Shown here piece after piece: positions 1 to 10,754 of a stretch of 64,000 bases of DNA. Origin of the DNA: an uncultured Enterobacteriaceae bacterium (GTDB lineage Bacteria; Myxococcota_A; UBA9042); NCBI GenBank assembly GCA_964438735.1, contig CAYTLW010000007.1, positions 8,594-72,593 of the forward strand. Reading direction: 5' to 3'. The notes under the pieces are model-generated. The model was not told the DNA's origin. It ran no database searches and saw nothing but the letters and a program-made list of their open reading frames with translations. Numbering within the stretch: the first letter of the stretch is position 1; each line of letters opens with the position of its first letter. A program made the position numbers and the translations under genes.

Positions 1-67
1 GGCCCCCAAAAGAGAAGGGCCCCGCGCAACAACGCGCGAGGCCCCTCGTTCTGCTCGTGGGAGCGGT

Positions 68-334
68 CTACAGGTGCTCGACGCCCTGCTTCTTGACCTT
101 GGCCTTCCACACCTTCTCGGGCAGCCACGACGGGCGCTTGGTGGGGGCGGTCACGTGCTCGCGCCATCCCTTGAAGACGTGCACGCGCTTGGTTCCGCGC
201 TCACGCAGGCGGATGTCGGTGTAACCGCGGCTCGCGGCCTTCAGGGCGGCGCCACGGGGCTGCCGGTTCGAGAAGACGATGTCGCTGTCTTTGCCGTCGA
301 CCATGAGAACGAAGTTTTTCTTGCCGTCTGCCAT
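68..334 (-). CDS. Non-histone chromosomal protein MC1-like DNA-binding protein (88 aa)
   Basis: Translation MADGKKNFVLMVDGKDSDIVFSNRQPRGAALKAASRGYTDIRLRERGTKRVHVFKGWREHVTAPTKRPSWLPEKVWKAKVKKQGVEHL aligns nearly end-to-end with archaeal MC1 as recalled from memory (..RNFVL..G..QPRQAALKAANRG...IRLRERGTKKVHVFKAW...AP..RP.W.PEK..K..VKK). ATG at 334 lies 6 nt after GGAGAC. The long ORF call 68..742 is an upstream in-frame extension with no start support. Confidence 0.75.
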   Translation of the reverse strand: MADGKKNFVLMVDGKDSDIVFSNRQPRGAALKAASRGYTDIRLRERGTKRVHVFKGWREHVTAPTKRPSWLPEKVWKAKVKKQGVEHL

Positions 335-837
335 CTTGTTGTCTCCGATCACCCGTACGGTGATTGTGGTTGAGTTGATTTCGGCGTCGATCCTGCTTGA
401 TCCTGTTTGAGGGATCACCTGAATGCCGGCCCGGATTGCATTTCTTGATATATGCGACCCTTCCGCTCTGTTGGCAAGTCCCAGATCAACAAAAATGTGG
501 TGGTCGTCAAAAAAAAAGTTCAACGCGCGGGCGGAGTTGTCGCGCAAGTTGACACATATTGCCATATAAGTACTTGATATTGCAGCATAAAAAGAAATGG
601 ACCGCAGTATCACGTTCTGATTCACAATCGGGGTACTGCAAGCCATTCGTGATCCGAATCCATGATCATGATGGCGCGTTTCTACGCTCAAGATGCCCCT
701 TGAACGGTGACGGGGGCGCCGATCGCGAGTCTCTGGAGACATCCTGGCACGGTGGTATGGTGCCAGCGGGGCGGCAGCAGATGTTCAAACAGCCGCCCGA
801 GGAGCCCAAGTTGTCCCCCACCAATCTTCCGCAGTCG

Positions 838-3105
838 ATGCCGCTGACCCGAAGCCCAAAGGCCCGTTTCCGCCCACCAGTGGTGGCCGCGGTGCTCGCG
901 GCGTTGATGTGTGTGGCCGCCCTTGGCGAGGCACACGCCGCGTCGGCCAAGGGCTGGAACGCCTTGCGTGCCGTGGTTCGCAAGGTTCGTGTCGGAGACC
1001 TGGCAGGGGTCGACGCGACGCTACGCAAGCTGCAGAAGAAGGGATCTGCCGACCATCGGGCCACGGCGTCGTTCGTGCTGGCGCGTGTGTTGGCGGCTCG
1101 CGGCCAGGGTGCTGAAGCACGCAAGGCCCTGCGGCGGGCCCGCGCCATCGCCAAAGTTCACCCGCCTTCGTGGGCCTGGGCCGAAGTCGAGGTGTTGCAG
1201 GCCGAGGGCAAAGAGTCCAAGGCGCTCGCGGCTCTCGAGAGGCTGCGCAGGAAGCAGCCGCGCTTTCGTTGGGCCAAGGCCGACATCACCTGGTCACGCC
1301 TGCTGGAGAAGGCAGCGTCCCCCAAGCGGAGCGTCGCAGGCGCGCTGAAACTCTACGGCAAGCGCAAGGCCTGGCTGCACCTGCCTCAGGATGAGCTGCT
1401 GGCCCGCGCGGCCCGCGGCCAGGCGGCCGTCGGCGACAAGAAGGGCGCCCGCAAGACCTGGAAGAAGCTGCTGATGAAACACCCCCACAGCGACCTGGTG
1501 GCCGTGGCGGAGAAGCACGTCGCCATCGCCAGCCTCAGTGACGCCGAACGTCTGGACCGGGCCGAACTCCTCTTCGCGCGTCGGGCCTATGAGCGATGTC
1601 GGGTAGAGAGCCTGTACCTGTGGAAGAAGAACTACCACCGCGAGAAGGTGGGCTACTTCCTCGGCAAGATCGGCTCGGAGCGCCTTCGCGACGACTACGT
1701 GAACGCCGAGATACACTTCCGGCCGGCCACCGCTGCGGGGGCGCCCTACGCCATGTTCGCGCTGAGCTCCTACGGAATCGTGCTGGGCAAGCTCAAGCGC
1801 ACCGACGAGGGCGTCAAGGCCTTCGACACCTGGCTCAAGCGCTACGGTCGATCGGTCAAACCCAAGCGCCTGGTCGAGGCACATTACGACCGGGCGCGCG
1901 TCTTGCGCACCGGTGGCCGTCCGTTGCAGGCCGCGGCCGATATGAAGCGATTCCTGCTCAGCCATCGCAAGGGCATCGACTACGGCAAGTACTGGTGGTT
2001 CGTCGGCTTCTGGACCTACCTCGGCGGCAAGTACGAGGAGGCTATCGGCTATTTCAAGCCCCTGACCCCCTCACGCAACGCCCTGGTCGGCGGCAAGGCG
2101 AGGTACTGGACGGCCAAGGCCTGGGACAAGCTGGGCAAGCGCGACAAGGCGGTCAAGGTGATGCTCCGCCTCTATCGCAATCAGCCGCTGAACTTCTACA
2201 GCGGCATGGCCGAGGAGCACCTGCGAGCATGGGGCCACGGTAAGAAGATTCCGCGCCGACCCGACCTCAGCAAGGTGCCCTATCGAGTGCCCAACGCCTT
2301 CGCCGGGCTGCCGGATGAGCCGGCCATCGCCACCGTCCGCATCGCCGCCCACCTGGGCGAGTACGACACCTTGCGGGCCGTGCTCAAGGCCAATGAGGGC
2401 CGAATCATCAAGTCGGTGGGAGCCAAGCGAGCAGCCCGCCTGAGGAGCGACCTGAGCGACGAGTTGGAGGACTTCTACAGCGACCGCAGCCGGGCCTGGA
2501 GCCGCCACCGCAAGTCCTTGCGCAGGTATCCCACCCGCAAGACGGTGCACCACTGGCGCGGCATCTATCCGCGCGCCTATCACACCCACGTGGTCTGGGC
2601 TGCGAAGCGTTATCGCGCACCGGAGTGGATGGTCTATGCCCACATGTTGCAGGAGTCCCGCTACAAGCCGTGGATGATCTCCCACGCGCCGGCCTATGGC
2701 CTGCTCGAGCTGCTCGATCGCACGGCCAGGCTGCTGGCCCTGGAGCAGAAGGAGGAGTACCAGCTGTGGATGTTGATGCGACCGTCCCACAACATCCGCT
2801 GGGGCACCCAATACCTGGGCGCGCTGTACAAGAAGTTCGACAAGCAGTTGCCGTTCGCGATCGGCTCCTATAACGGCGGCCCGATGCTCTTCGAGTACCA
2901 CCTCAATATCAGCAAGGGGCTCGACTTCGACGTGATGGTCGACGACCTCGGACCGCACGAAAGCCGCAACTACACCCGCATGGTGATTGGCCACTTCCTG
3001 CGTTACCTGGCGATCTACGAGAAGCCGGACAGGGCCGCGGAGCTGCGCAAGCAGCTGTTGTTGAAGAGCTGGCAACCGAAGTGGCTCAAAAACCCGAACT
3101 ACTGA
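838..3105 (+). CDS. Soluble lytic murein transglycosylase (Slt70-like: N-terminal superhelical/TPR-like domain plus C-terminal SLT catalytic domain), periplasmic
   Basis: C-terminal SLT motifs (ESRYKPWMISHAPAYGLLELL ... WGTQYLGALYKKFDKQLPFAIGSYNGGP). Long alpha-helical repeat N-domain. Signal peptide MPLTRSPKARFRPPVVAAVLAALMCVAALGEAHA|AS, which begins at ATG 838. ATG 757 and ATG 781 are alternative starts. The ORF as called from 559 has no signal-peptide logic. Confidence 0.8.
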   Translation: MPLTRSPKARFRPPVVAAVLAALMCVAALGEAHAASAKGWNALRAVVRKVRVGDLAGVDATLRKLQKKGSADHRATASFVLARVLAARGQGAEARKALRRARAIAKVHPPSWAWAEVEVLQAEGKESKALAALERLRRKQPRFRWAKADITWSRLLEKAASPKRSVAGALKLYGKRKAWLHLPQDELLARAARGQAAVGDKKGARKTWKKLLMKHPHSDLVAVAEKHVAIASLSDAERLDRAELLFARRAYERCRVESLYLWKKNYHREKVGYFLGKIGSERLRDDYVNAEIHFRPATAAGAPYAMFALSSYGIVLGKLKRTDEGVKAFDTWLKRYGRSVKPKRLVEAHYDRARVLRTGGRPLQAAADMKRFLLSHRKGIDYGKYWWFVGFWTYLGGKYEEAIGYFKPLTPSRNALVGGKARYWTAKAWDKLGKRDKAVKVMLRLYRNQPLNFYSGMAEEHLRAWGHGKKIPRRPDLSKVPYRVPNAFAGLPDEPAIATVRIAAHLGEYDTLRAVLKANEGRIIKSVGAKRAARLRSDLSDELEDFYSDRSRAWSRHRKSLRRYPTRKTVHHWRGIYPRAYHTHVVWAAKRYRAPEWMVYAHMLQESRYKPWMISHAPAYGLLELLDRTARLLALEQKEEYQLWMLMRPSHNIRWGTQYLGALYKKFDKQLPFAIGSYNGGPMLFEYHLNISKGLDFDVMVDDLGPHESRNYTRMVIGHFLRYLAIYEKPDRAAELRKQLLLKSWQPKWLKNPNY

Positions 3106-3113
3106 TTTGTTTG

Positions 3114-3194
3114 GGGGGCCGGGGCTCGGCCCCCAGCCAGAAAAAGTGTCATTTTTCTGGCTTCCCCACTGCATCAGGGCAGCGGCCGCTGCCC
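3114..3194. terminator. Cluster of three GC-rich hairpins between convergent genes (probable bidirectional terminator)
   Basis: GGGGGCCG-gggct-CGGCCCCC at 3114-3134. Perfect inverted repeat AGCCAGAAAAA-gtgtca-TTTTTCTGGCT at 3135-3162. Palindrome GGGCAGCGGCCGCTGCCC at 3177-3194. The cluster sits between the slt stop (3105) and the minus-strand esterase stop (3208). Confidence 0.5.
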
Positions 3195-3207
3195 TGGGTC
3201 TTGCACC

Positions 3208-4602
3208 CTACAGCTTGCAATATGCGGGGAAGTCCTTGGGCAGGCCGGCGGCGAAGGGCGCCGCGCTGGCGCCGCGGGTGTGGGCCTTGAGGAAGGTCCA
3301 GACGTGCGGCATGAGGGCCAGCGGGATCTCGTGGCCCTTGCCGTGGTCGCAGCTCGCATGCCACCAGCCATTGTCGCCGAGCGCCTTCAGCAGGCTCTTG
3401 GCCAGCGTGTGGAAGTTCTGGTTGTAGGCTTCGTCGGTTTCGCCACCCCAGGTGACCAGCATGGGCACCTTGGAAGCGTCTTTGGGCCACGCGTGCAGGT
3501 ATCCGCCTGATAGCGGCGCGGAGGCCGCCAGGGCCTTGCCACGATGGGCCGTCAGGAAGGTGGTCATCATGCCGCCGCCGCTCATACCCGTGACGTAGAT
3601 CCGGTCGGCGTTGATGGTGTGCTGCTCGCCGATGCATTTGAGCATGTCCGAGAAGAAGACCAATTCCCTGTTGTCCTTGTCGAAGACCTTCTCACCGTAG
3701 CGCCAGTCCAGCACGGGCTTGCTGCCATCGACCATTGCGCTGGTCTCCGGCGCGACCAGGATGAAGGGGTCAGCCGTCTCGCCGCCGTGGATCTTGTCCC
3801 AGGTCGTCGACTTGAGGATGCCCGCCGCGTTGCCGGTATTGCCGTGGTAGAGGAAGACGACAGGCAGCTTGGCGGTCGAGCCGGTGGCCGTCGCGGCGGC
3901 GGGCAGGACGATGACGAATTGCCGCTCGAAGGTGGCGCTGGTCATCTTGTTCACGCCGGCCTTCAGCGTCGGGCAAGTGGCGATGGGGTCGTAGACCACT
4001 GCCTGGGTCTTGCAACTCACGGCGTAGGGATCGCCTTCGCTGCCGAAAGGCACGGCCTTGAAGGTGGAGCCGGCCAGGTCCGCCTTGAAGTCCGGGATGT
4101 CGCCCTGCAGACCGCCACAGAAGGTGTTGTTGGCCGAGTCGATGGTGCCCTCGAGCGTCAGGCTTGCCCCAACCGGGCTGCCGGTGGGCGAGGCCTTCGC
4201 CGGCACGATGACCTTGCCCAGATCGGCGGTGAAGGTGCCGTCGGCCTTCACCTCGACGTTGCTGACCGAAGCGATCGGGGCATCGCTGATCCAGTCGCCG
4301 CTGGTGCCGAGGGCGTACATGTCCAGGGTGGACAGCTTGCCGCCCTTGTCCGCCTCTCCTTCGGCCGTGAGCGAGATCTTCATGCGCAGCTGTGCACCAG
4401 CGAGGCTGAGCTTGATGCCGACGAAGTAATCGCCGTCGGTGAGCAGGGTATTGACCGTGCCCGCGGGCTCGTCGTCCTCCGCGGCGCAGCCCGCGGGTGC
4501 GGCGAAGAGCGCCACGACAAGCAGGCTGCTCAGCGCGCCACCGTGCGGCCAACGGCTCTTGATCTTCGCCCGACGGGCGGATTTGACATCTCGCATGCGC
4601 AT
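3208..4602 (-). CDS. Secreted lipoprotein: N-terminal beta-rich domain plus C-terminal alpha/beta-hydrolase esterase (PHB-depolymerase / feruloyl-esterase-like)
   Basis: N-terminal signal peptide with lipobox (..LLVVALFAAPAGC). C-terminal half carries the GxSxG nucleophile elbow (YVTGMSGGGMM) and the HGxxD/H pattern typical of the esterase/PHB depolymerase family. Confidence 0.6.
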   Translation of the reverse strand: MRMRDVKSARRAKIKSRWPHGGALSSLLVVALFAAPAGCAAEDDEPAGTVNTLLTDGDYFVGIKLSLAGAQLRMKISLTAEGEADKGGKLSTLDMYALGTSGDWISDAPIASVSNVEVKADGTFTADLGKVIVPAKASPTGSPVGASLTLEGTIDSANNTFCGGLQGDIPDFKADLAGSTFKAVPFGSEGDPYAVSCKTQAVVYDPIATCPTLKAGVNKMTSATFERQFVIVLPAAATATGSTAKLPVVFLYHGNTGNAAGILKSTTWDKIHGGETADPFILVAPETSAMVDGSKPVLDWRYGEKVFDKDNRELVFFSDMLKCIGEQHTINADRIYVTGMSGGGMMTTFLTAHRGKALAASAPLSGGYLHAWPKDASKVPMLVTWGGETDEAYNQNFHTLAKSLLKALGDNGWWHASCDHGKGHEIPLALMPHVWTFLKAHTRGASAAPFAAGLPKDFPAYCKL

Positions 4603-4788
4603 TCCTCATCACTCGGGAGGCGCGAAAGCTACGGCAAGCCGGCCAACGCAGCAAGCAGGGAGGCGATTGTAGTCGACATCCTGGCTACGTATCTGCATAC
4701 TCCCGCGCCTCGACAGCCGGTCGGTTTGACGCCGACCCGCCAGTGCAGCCCGAACTGAACTTTGCCCGGGCCCCAACGAGGAGATCAG

Positions 4789-6114
<1,326 letters not shown>

Positions 6115-6199
6115 AACAAGAAGGTTCGGCGAGCGCACACGGGCCTGAATTCGGGCTGTCCGCCAGGGCAGGGGTGCTCGCCGACCAGGGAGCGCACCG

Positions 6200-7510
6200 A
6201 TGTCCGATACGTGGCTGGAGTCCGGCCTGTCGCCCATGGCGGCCAAGCTGCAACCCTCGTCGATTCTGGCCATCGCCGCTCAGGTGCGGGCGATGGTCGC
6301 CTCGGGTCGGGAGATCTGCAACCTGACCATCGGCGACTTCAAGCCGGCCGAGTACCCGATCCCGGAGCGCCTCGCGGAGGCGTGCGTGCAGGCCACCCGC
6401 GCCGGCTATACCAACTACCCGCCGCCCAACGGCATCGCAGAGCTGCGCCAGGCCGTGGTGGATCTGTACCGCGCCCGTATGGGTGTCGAGGTGGACCCCT
6501 CCCTGGTGACGGTCGCCAGCGGTGCGCGTCCGTTGCTCTATGCGACCTATCGCGCCCTGGTGGAGCCCGGCGACACGGTGGTCTACGCAGTCCCGTCCTG
6601 GAATAACGACCACTACACAAAGATGCTCGGCGGCCGGGCGGCAGAGGTCGAGGTGGACGCCGGCGACCACTTCTTCCCGCGGCCCGATCAGATCCGGCCG
6701 CACCTGTCGCAGGCACGCCTGGTGGCGTTGAACTCGCCGCTGAACCCGTCCGGCACCTGCATCCTGCGCGAGAAGCTGACCGAGATCTGCACCGACATCG
6801 TCGCCGAGAACGAGCGCCGCAAGGAGACCGGCGACAAGCCCCTGTTCCTGCTCTACGACCAGATCTATTGGATGCTGACGCTGGGCGACATCGGCCACGC
6901 CGACCCGGTCTCGTGCGTGCCGGAGATGACGAACTACACGGTCAGCGTCGACGGCATCTCCAAAGCCTTTGCCGCGACCGGTATGCGCGTGGGCTGGGGC
7001 GTGGCGCCGGAGCCGGTCTCCCAGGCCATCAACCGGATCCTCGGCCACGTGGGCGCCTGGGCGCCGCATCCCACGCAGCGGGCCACGGTCGAGTTGCTGC
7101 GCGACGCGGCGGCCCTCGATGGCTATTTGAGCTGGATCCGCAAAGAGGCCAAGAGCCGCCTGAAGCTGCTCTACGACCGCCTGAGTGCGCTGGGCGAACG
7201 ACTGCCCATTCGGGCGATGGCGCCAGAAGGCGCGATCTACCTGAGCGTTGAGTTTGCCCTACGGGGCTGGAAGTGGCGCGACTGGCCGCTGGACAGCGCG
7301 GACGAGGTGCGCAACTTCCTGCTCGAGTCCAGCGGCATGGCCGTGGTGCCCTTCGACGCCTTTGGCGCCCACCACGCCACCGACTGGTATCGGCTCAGCG
7401 TCGGCGCGGTGAGCTGCGATGAACTGGACGCGGTGATGACCCGTCTGGAGAACGCTTGCGCCGAGCTCGAAGGCCCTGGCCGCGCACCGTCCGTCTCCCC
7501 GGCACTCTAG
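6200..7510 (+). CDS. PLP-dependent aminotransferase, class I/II (aspartate/aromatic aminotransferase-like)
   Basis: Fold-type I aminotransferase motifs (NPSGT..., SKAFAATGMRVGW with the PLP lysine, NYPPPNG). 436 aa. Confidence 0.85.
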   Translation: MSDTWLESGLSPMAAKLQPSSILAIAAQVRAMVASGREICNLTIGDFKPAEYPIPERLAEACVQATRAGYTNYPPPNGIAELRQAVVDLYRARMGVEVDPSLVTVASGARPLLYATYRALVEPGDTVVYAVPSWNNDHYTKMLGGRAAEVEVDAGDHFFPRPDQIRPHLSQARLVALNSPLNPSGTCILREKLTEICTDIVAENERRKETGDKPLFLLYDQIYWMLTLGDIGHADPVSCVPEMTNYTVSVDGISKAFAATGMRVGWGVAPEPVSQAINRILGHVGAWAPHPTQRATVELLRDAAALDGYLSWIRKEAKSRLKLLYDRLSALGERLPIRAMAPEGAIYLSVEFALRGWKWRDWPLDSADEVRNFLLESSGMAVVPFDAFGAHHATDWYRLSVGAVSCDELDAVMTRLENACAELEGPGRAPSVSPAL

Positions 7511-7522
7511 CCGGGCCGGCCG

Positions 7523-8668
7523 ATGAGCTGTGCGGAGCCAGACCCCGAACATCCGCTCCAGGAGGACAGCACGTGGCTGTTCACCTGTCGGCATGAACAC
7601 GAACCCAGACTGGTAGAGGAGCTGACGCGACTGGGCTGCGAACCGGCTGCGCTGCGCACTCTGCTGCCCGGATTGGTGCAGGCGGACGGGCTCGGGGAGG
7701 CAACGCCGGATGGGCTGGCCCGGATGGATCCCGTCTGGGCGCTGCAGGTTCTGCCCGCCGCGTTGGCCATCTCCGGGGCCTCGATTCGCAAGCTGGCTCG
7801 CGCTGCGGTGGATGGGCTCGCTGCCGGACTCGATGAATTCGACGGCGCGTGGCGGCTGCACGGCCTGGTCCCGGGCATGTTCAAGGGCCAGCCCAAGCCG
7901 GCCATGGGCCGCCGACTGACCCTGCTGATCGAGGCCGTGCAAGACGAGTTGAAGCGTCGACGCCGGCGGGCGTGGCGGCGGTTGGCTGCCGACGAGCGCG
8001 AGCCTCAGGCGCTGGCGCAGTTGTTGTTGCTGGGACCGGAGCAGGCCTGGGTCTGCCTGTCGCCCTGTTTGGACCTGCCGGTCGGCGGCCACTGGCCCAG
8101 CTTGCTGCCCGCAGGCCTGGCCGCGGTAGCCAACGATCCTGCGGCGCCTTCGAGTGCATTCCGCAAGCTGGACGAGGCCCTGGCCTGCATGGGCAGGTGG
8201 CCGCGAGATGGCGACAGCGCGGTGGACCTGGGTGCAGCGCCTGGCGGATGGTCGCACGTGATGCTGCGACATGGCGCACGGGTACAAGCCGTCGATCGCT
8301 CGCCGCTGGCTGAACCGCTGATGCGTCACCCCCGTCTGCACTGGCAGCGCGGTGATGCGTTCCGATTCCGCCCCTCGGCGCCTGTCGACTGGCTGGTGGC
8401 AGACGTGGCAGCCTACCCCGAGCGCGTCGCCGAGCTGCTGGCCGACTGGTGCGGCGAACGCCTGGCGCGCACGATGGTGGTCCAGATGAAGTTCAAGGGT
8501 GAGACCGACTGGCAGGCCCTGGATGCAGCCCTGGCCACAGCCCGCCGACATGGCTACAGCGCTCGCGCCCGCCACTTCTTCAACGACAAGAATGAGGTCA
8601 CCCTGATGATCGCCGAACCCAGGGCAGACGTTGCAGCCGCCCGAGGCGAGGCCGAGGAGCAAACATGA
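7523..8668 (+). CDS. rlmM: 23S rRNA (cytidine-2'-O)-methyltransferase RlmM-like (THUMP-like N-domain plus FtsJ-type MTase)
   Basis: C-terminal half is collinear with E. coli RlmM/YgdE (VDLGAAPGGWSHV ... WLVADVAAYPERVAELLADWC ... MVVQMKFKGE ... NDKNEVTLM versus VDLGACPGGWT ... [21 protein letters not shown] ... IFNLKLPMK ... HDREEVTVH). Confidence 0.75.
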   Translation: MSCAEPDPEHPLQEDSTWLFTCRHEHEPRLVEELTRLGCEPAALRTLLPGLVQADGLGEATPDGLARMDPVWALQVLPAALAISGASIRKLARAAVDGLAAGLDEFDGAWRLHGLVPGMFKGQPKPAMGRRLTLLIEAVQDELKRRRRRAWRRLAADEREPQALAQLLLLGPEQAWVCLSPCLDLPVGGHWPSLLPAGLAAVANDPAAPSSAFRKLDEALACMGRWPRDGDSAVDLGAAPGGWSHVMLRHGARVQAVDRSPLAEPLMRHPRLHWQRGDAFRFRPSAPVDWLVADVAAYPERVAELLADWCGERLARTMVVQMKFKGETDWQALDAALATARRHGYSARARHFFNDKNEVTLMIAEPRADVAAARGEAEEQT

Positions 8669-9438
8669 CCGTACCTGCCATCCGACTCGCCGTGGTCGCG
8701 CCCAACGGACGCATGGGCGCCGCGGTCTGCGAACTGGCCGCTGACGAACCCTCTCTGGACCTGGTCGCCCGCATCGTCCCGCCCGGTGAATCGGGCGGCG
8801 TATTGCTGCACATGGTCGACCCGGCGACCGTCGATGTGATGGTCGACTTCTCCCATCGTGAGGCGGTTGGAGATCATGCAGCCTGGTGTGCTCAGGGTGG
8901 GGTGGCCTGGGTGCTGGGTACGACCGGGCTGACGGCCGATGACGACATCGCCGTGGCCATCGCAGCGAAACGCACCGTGATCTTCCAGGCCAGCAACTTC
9001 TCCATCGGCGTCGCGCTGCTGGCCGACCTCTCTGCACGCGCCGCGCGGGTGCTCGGCACGGACGCGGATGTGGAGATCGTCGAGTCCCATCATCATCACA
9101 AGCGGGACGCGCCATCCGGCACGGCGTTGACCCTGGGCAAGGCGGTCGCCGGTGGCCGCGGGCAGGTACTGGAGGAGGTCGTTGCGCACGGCCGACAGGG
9201 CCTCATCGGAGAGCGGCCGCGCGGCGAAATCGGCATGCACGCCATGCGCCTGGCCGACATCGTCGGTCGTCATTCGGTGCACTTCGGCTGGTCCATGGAA
9301 GGGCTCGTGCTGACTCATGAGGCGCGCGACCGACGGGTATTCGCCGCCGGTGCCCTGCGCGCCGCCACCTTTGCCAGCGCGCGGCGTCGTGCCGGCGAAG
9401 TGGGTAACGTGGGCATGGCCGACCTGGTCGGCGACTGA
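8665..9438 (+). CDS. dapB: 4-hydroxy-tetrahydrodipicolinate reductase
   Basis: DapB signature E(I/V)VE(S/A)HHxxKxDAPSGTA (EIVESHHHHKRDAPSGTAL) and overall collinearity. ATGA overlap with the rlmM stop. Confidence 0.85.
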   Translation: MTVPAIRLAVVAPNGRMGAAVCELAADEPSLDLVARIVPPGESGGVLLHMVDPATVDVMVDFSHREAVGDHAAWCAQGGVAWVLGTTGLTADDDIAVAIAAKRTVIFQASNFSIGVALLADLSARAARVLGTDADVEIVESHHHHKRDAPSGTALTLGKAVAGGRGQVLEEVVAHGRQGLIGERPRGEIGMHAMRLADIVGRHSVHFGWSMEGLVLTHEARDRRVFAAGALRAATFASARRRAGEVGNVGMADLVGD

Positions 9439-9585
9439 GACCGCCGCCGGGCGGGACACGACGGCGGATAAACCCCGTGATCAGTGCCTGCTCGCCTCCC
9501 TTGCCACCCCTGCGCCCATGCGGCACCCTCGGGCCCCGAATACCGGCTGGCAGCCGGTGCCTCCCACCCCCGCAATCGAGCGCCC

Positions 9586-9948
9586 ATGCCCTCGTCCTGG
9601 CCCGCAGCCATCGTCTTCCTCGCGCTCTGCGCCGTGGTGGCGGTGTCCATGCTGTTCATCGGCCTCTTGCTGCAGGTGCGCGCGCGCTCGGTGCCGCCGA
9701 CCAAACACGACACCTATGAGTGCGGTGAAGAGCCGGACGGACGGGCGTGGATTCGATTCCATCCCCGCTACTACATCGTCGCCCTGATCTTCGTGCTCTT
9801 CGACGCCGAGGCAGCCTTCCTGTTGCCCTGGGCGCTGAACATCCGCGACATCGGCCCGCTGGCCCTGGTGGAGATGTTCATCTTCCTGGCGATCCTGCTG
9901 CTGGGCTGGCTCTACGCCCTGCGCAAGGGGGCACTCAAGTGGCAGTGA
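9586..9948 (+). CDS. nuoA: NADH-quinone oxidoreductase subunit A (ND3)
   Basis: 120-aa three-TM protein with the NuoA motif (HDTYECGEEP...FHPRYYIVALIFVLFDAEAAFLLPWA). ATG 9586 inside the longer track ORF. Confidence 0.9.
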   Translation: MPSSWPAAIVFLALCAVVAVSMLFIGLLLQVRARSVPPTKHDTYECGEEPDGRAWIRFHPRYYIVALIFVLFDAEAAFLLPWALNIRDIGPLALVEMFIFLAILLLGWLYALRKGALKWQ

Positions 9949-10754
9949 AGGGCGACCGGCCGAACTTCGAGGCGTCCCTGCTGCAGCGGGTGCTGTCGGT
10001 GCCCGGGCTCGACGTCGCCGTTGGCACCCTGGACAAGCTCCTGGACTGGGGCAGCAGCAACAGCCTGTGGATCTTTCCCATGGCCACCTCCTGCTGTGGC
10101 ATCGAGTTCATGGCCGCCGCCGCCTCGCGGGTCGATCTGGATCGCATGGGCACGATCGTGCGCGCCAGCCCCCGGCATGGCGACGTCATGGTGGTCGCGG
10201 GCACCATCACGGTGAAGATGGCCCCCCGCGTGCGCAAGCTCTGGGACCAGATGCCGGAGCCGAAGTGGTGCATCGCCATGGGCTCATGCGCCATCAGCGG
10301 CGACTTCTATCGCGACATCTACTCGGTGGTGCCCGGTATCGATACCTTCGTGCCCGTCGATGTCTATGTACCCGGCTGCCCGCCCAATCCCACCGAGTTG
10401 ATGGCCGGGCTACGAAGGCTGCAGGACAAGATCAACGCGCAGCGCGACGGCACCTGGGTAGAGCCGGAGGTCCGTCCGCCCGAAGGCCCGGGCATCCGCC
10501 CCAACATCGGAAGATTGGATGACCCATTCCGGGATCCAGCGTTGACCGACGCGCAGCTACAAGCGTCGCGAAACCTGGGCCTGAACGGCAACGAACATCG
10601 CAGCGCGGACGCCGCCCAAGGTCGCCTGGTCGACCGGGACAAGCTGCGCATCGGCACCCACGTGGCGGTGGCCGCGCGACCCGCTCCGGCAGCCACACCG
10701 TCCCCCGAACGCGAACCCGCACCCGCACCCGCACCCGATTCGGAGGTCCCATGA
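9945..10754 (+). CDS. nuoB: NADH-quinone oxidoreductase subunit B (PSST, N2 cluster) with ~100-aa Pro/Ala-rich C-terminal extension
   Basis: Cluster N2 ligands CCGIEFMAAA ... GSCAISGD ... PGCPP. GTG start overlaps the nuoA stop (GTGA at 9945-9948). Unusual C-terminal tail ...ARPAPAATPSPEREPAPAPAPDSEVP. Confidence 0.9.
   Translation: MKGDRPNFEASLLQRVLSVPGLDVAVGTLDKLLDWGSSNSLWIFPMATSCCGIEFMAAAASRVDLDRMGTIVRASPRHGDVMVVAGTITVKMAPRVRKLWDQMPEPKWCIAMGSCAISGDFYRDIYSVVPGIDTFVPVDVYVPGCPPNPTELMAGLRRLQDKINAQRDGTWVEPEVRPPEGPGIRPNIGRLDDPFRDPALTDAQLQASRNLGLNGNEHRSADAAQGRLVDRDKLRIGTHVAVAARPAPAATPSPEREPAPAPAPDSEVP

Noticed and set aside
1-67. Hairpins (GGCCC..GGGCC, CGCGC-AACAAC-GCGCG) downstream of the MC1-like gene as a terminator
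   Set aside because: Stems are short (5 bp) with no U-tract on the relevant strand. The window edge also prevents seeing the full context.
4603-4788. Possible SAH riboswitch in the 5' leader of ahcY
   Set aside because: SAH riboswitches commonly precede ahcY. I could not recognise the conserved core in this 186-bp region; only a generic hairpin (GGTCGG..CCGACC) is present. A covariance-model search with RF01057 would settle it.
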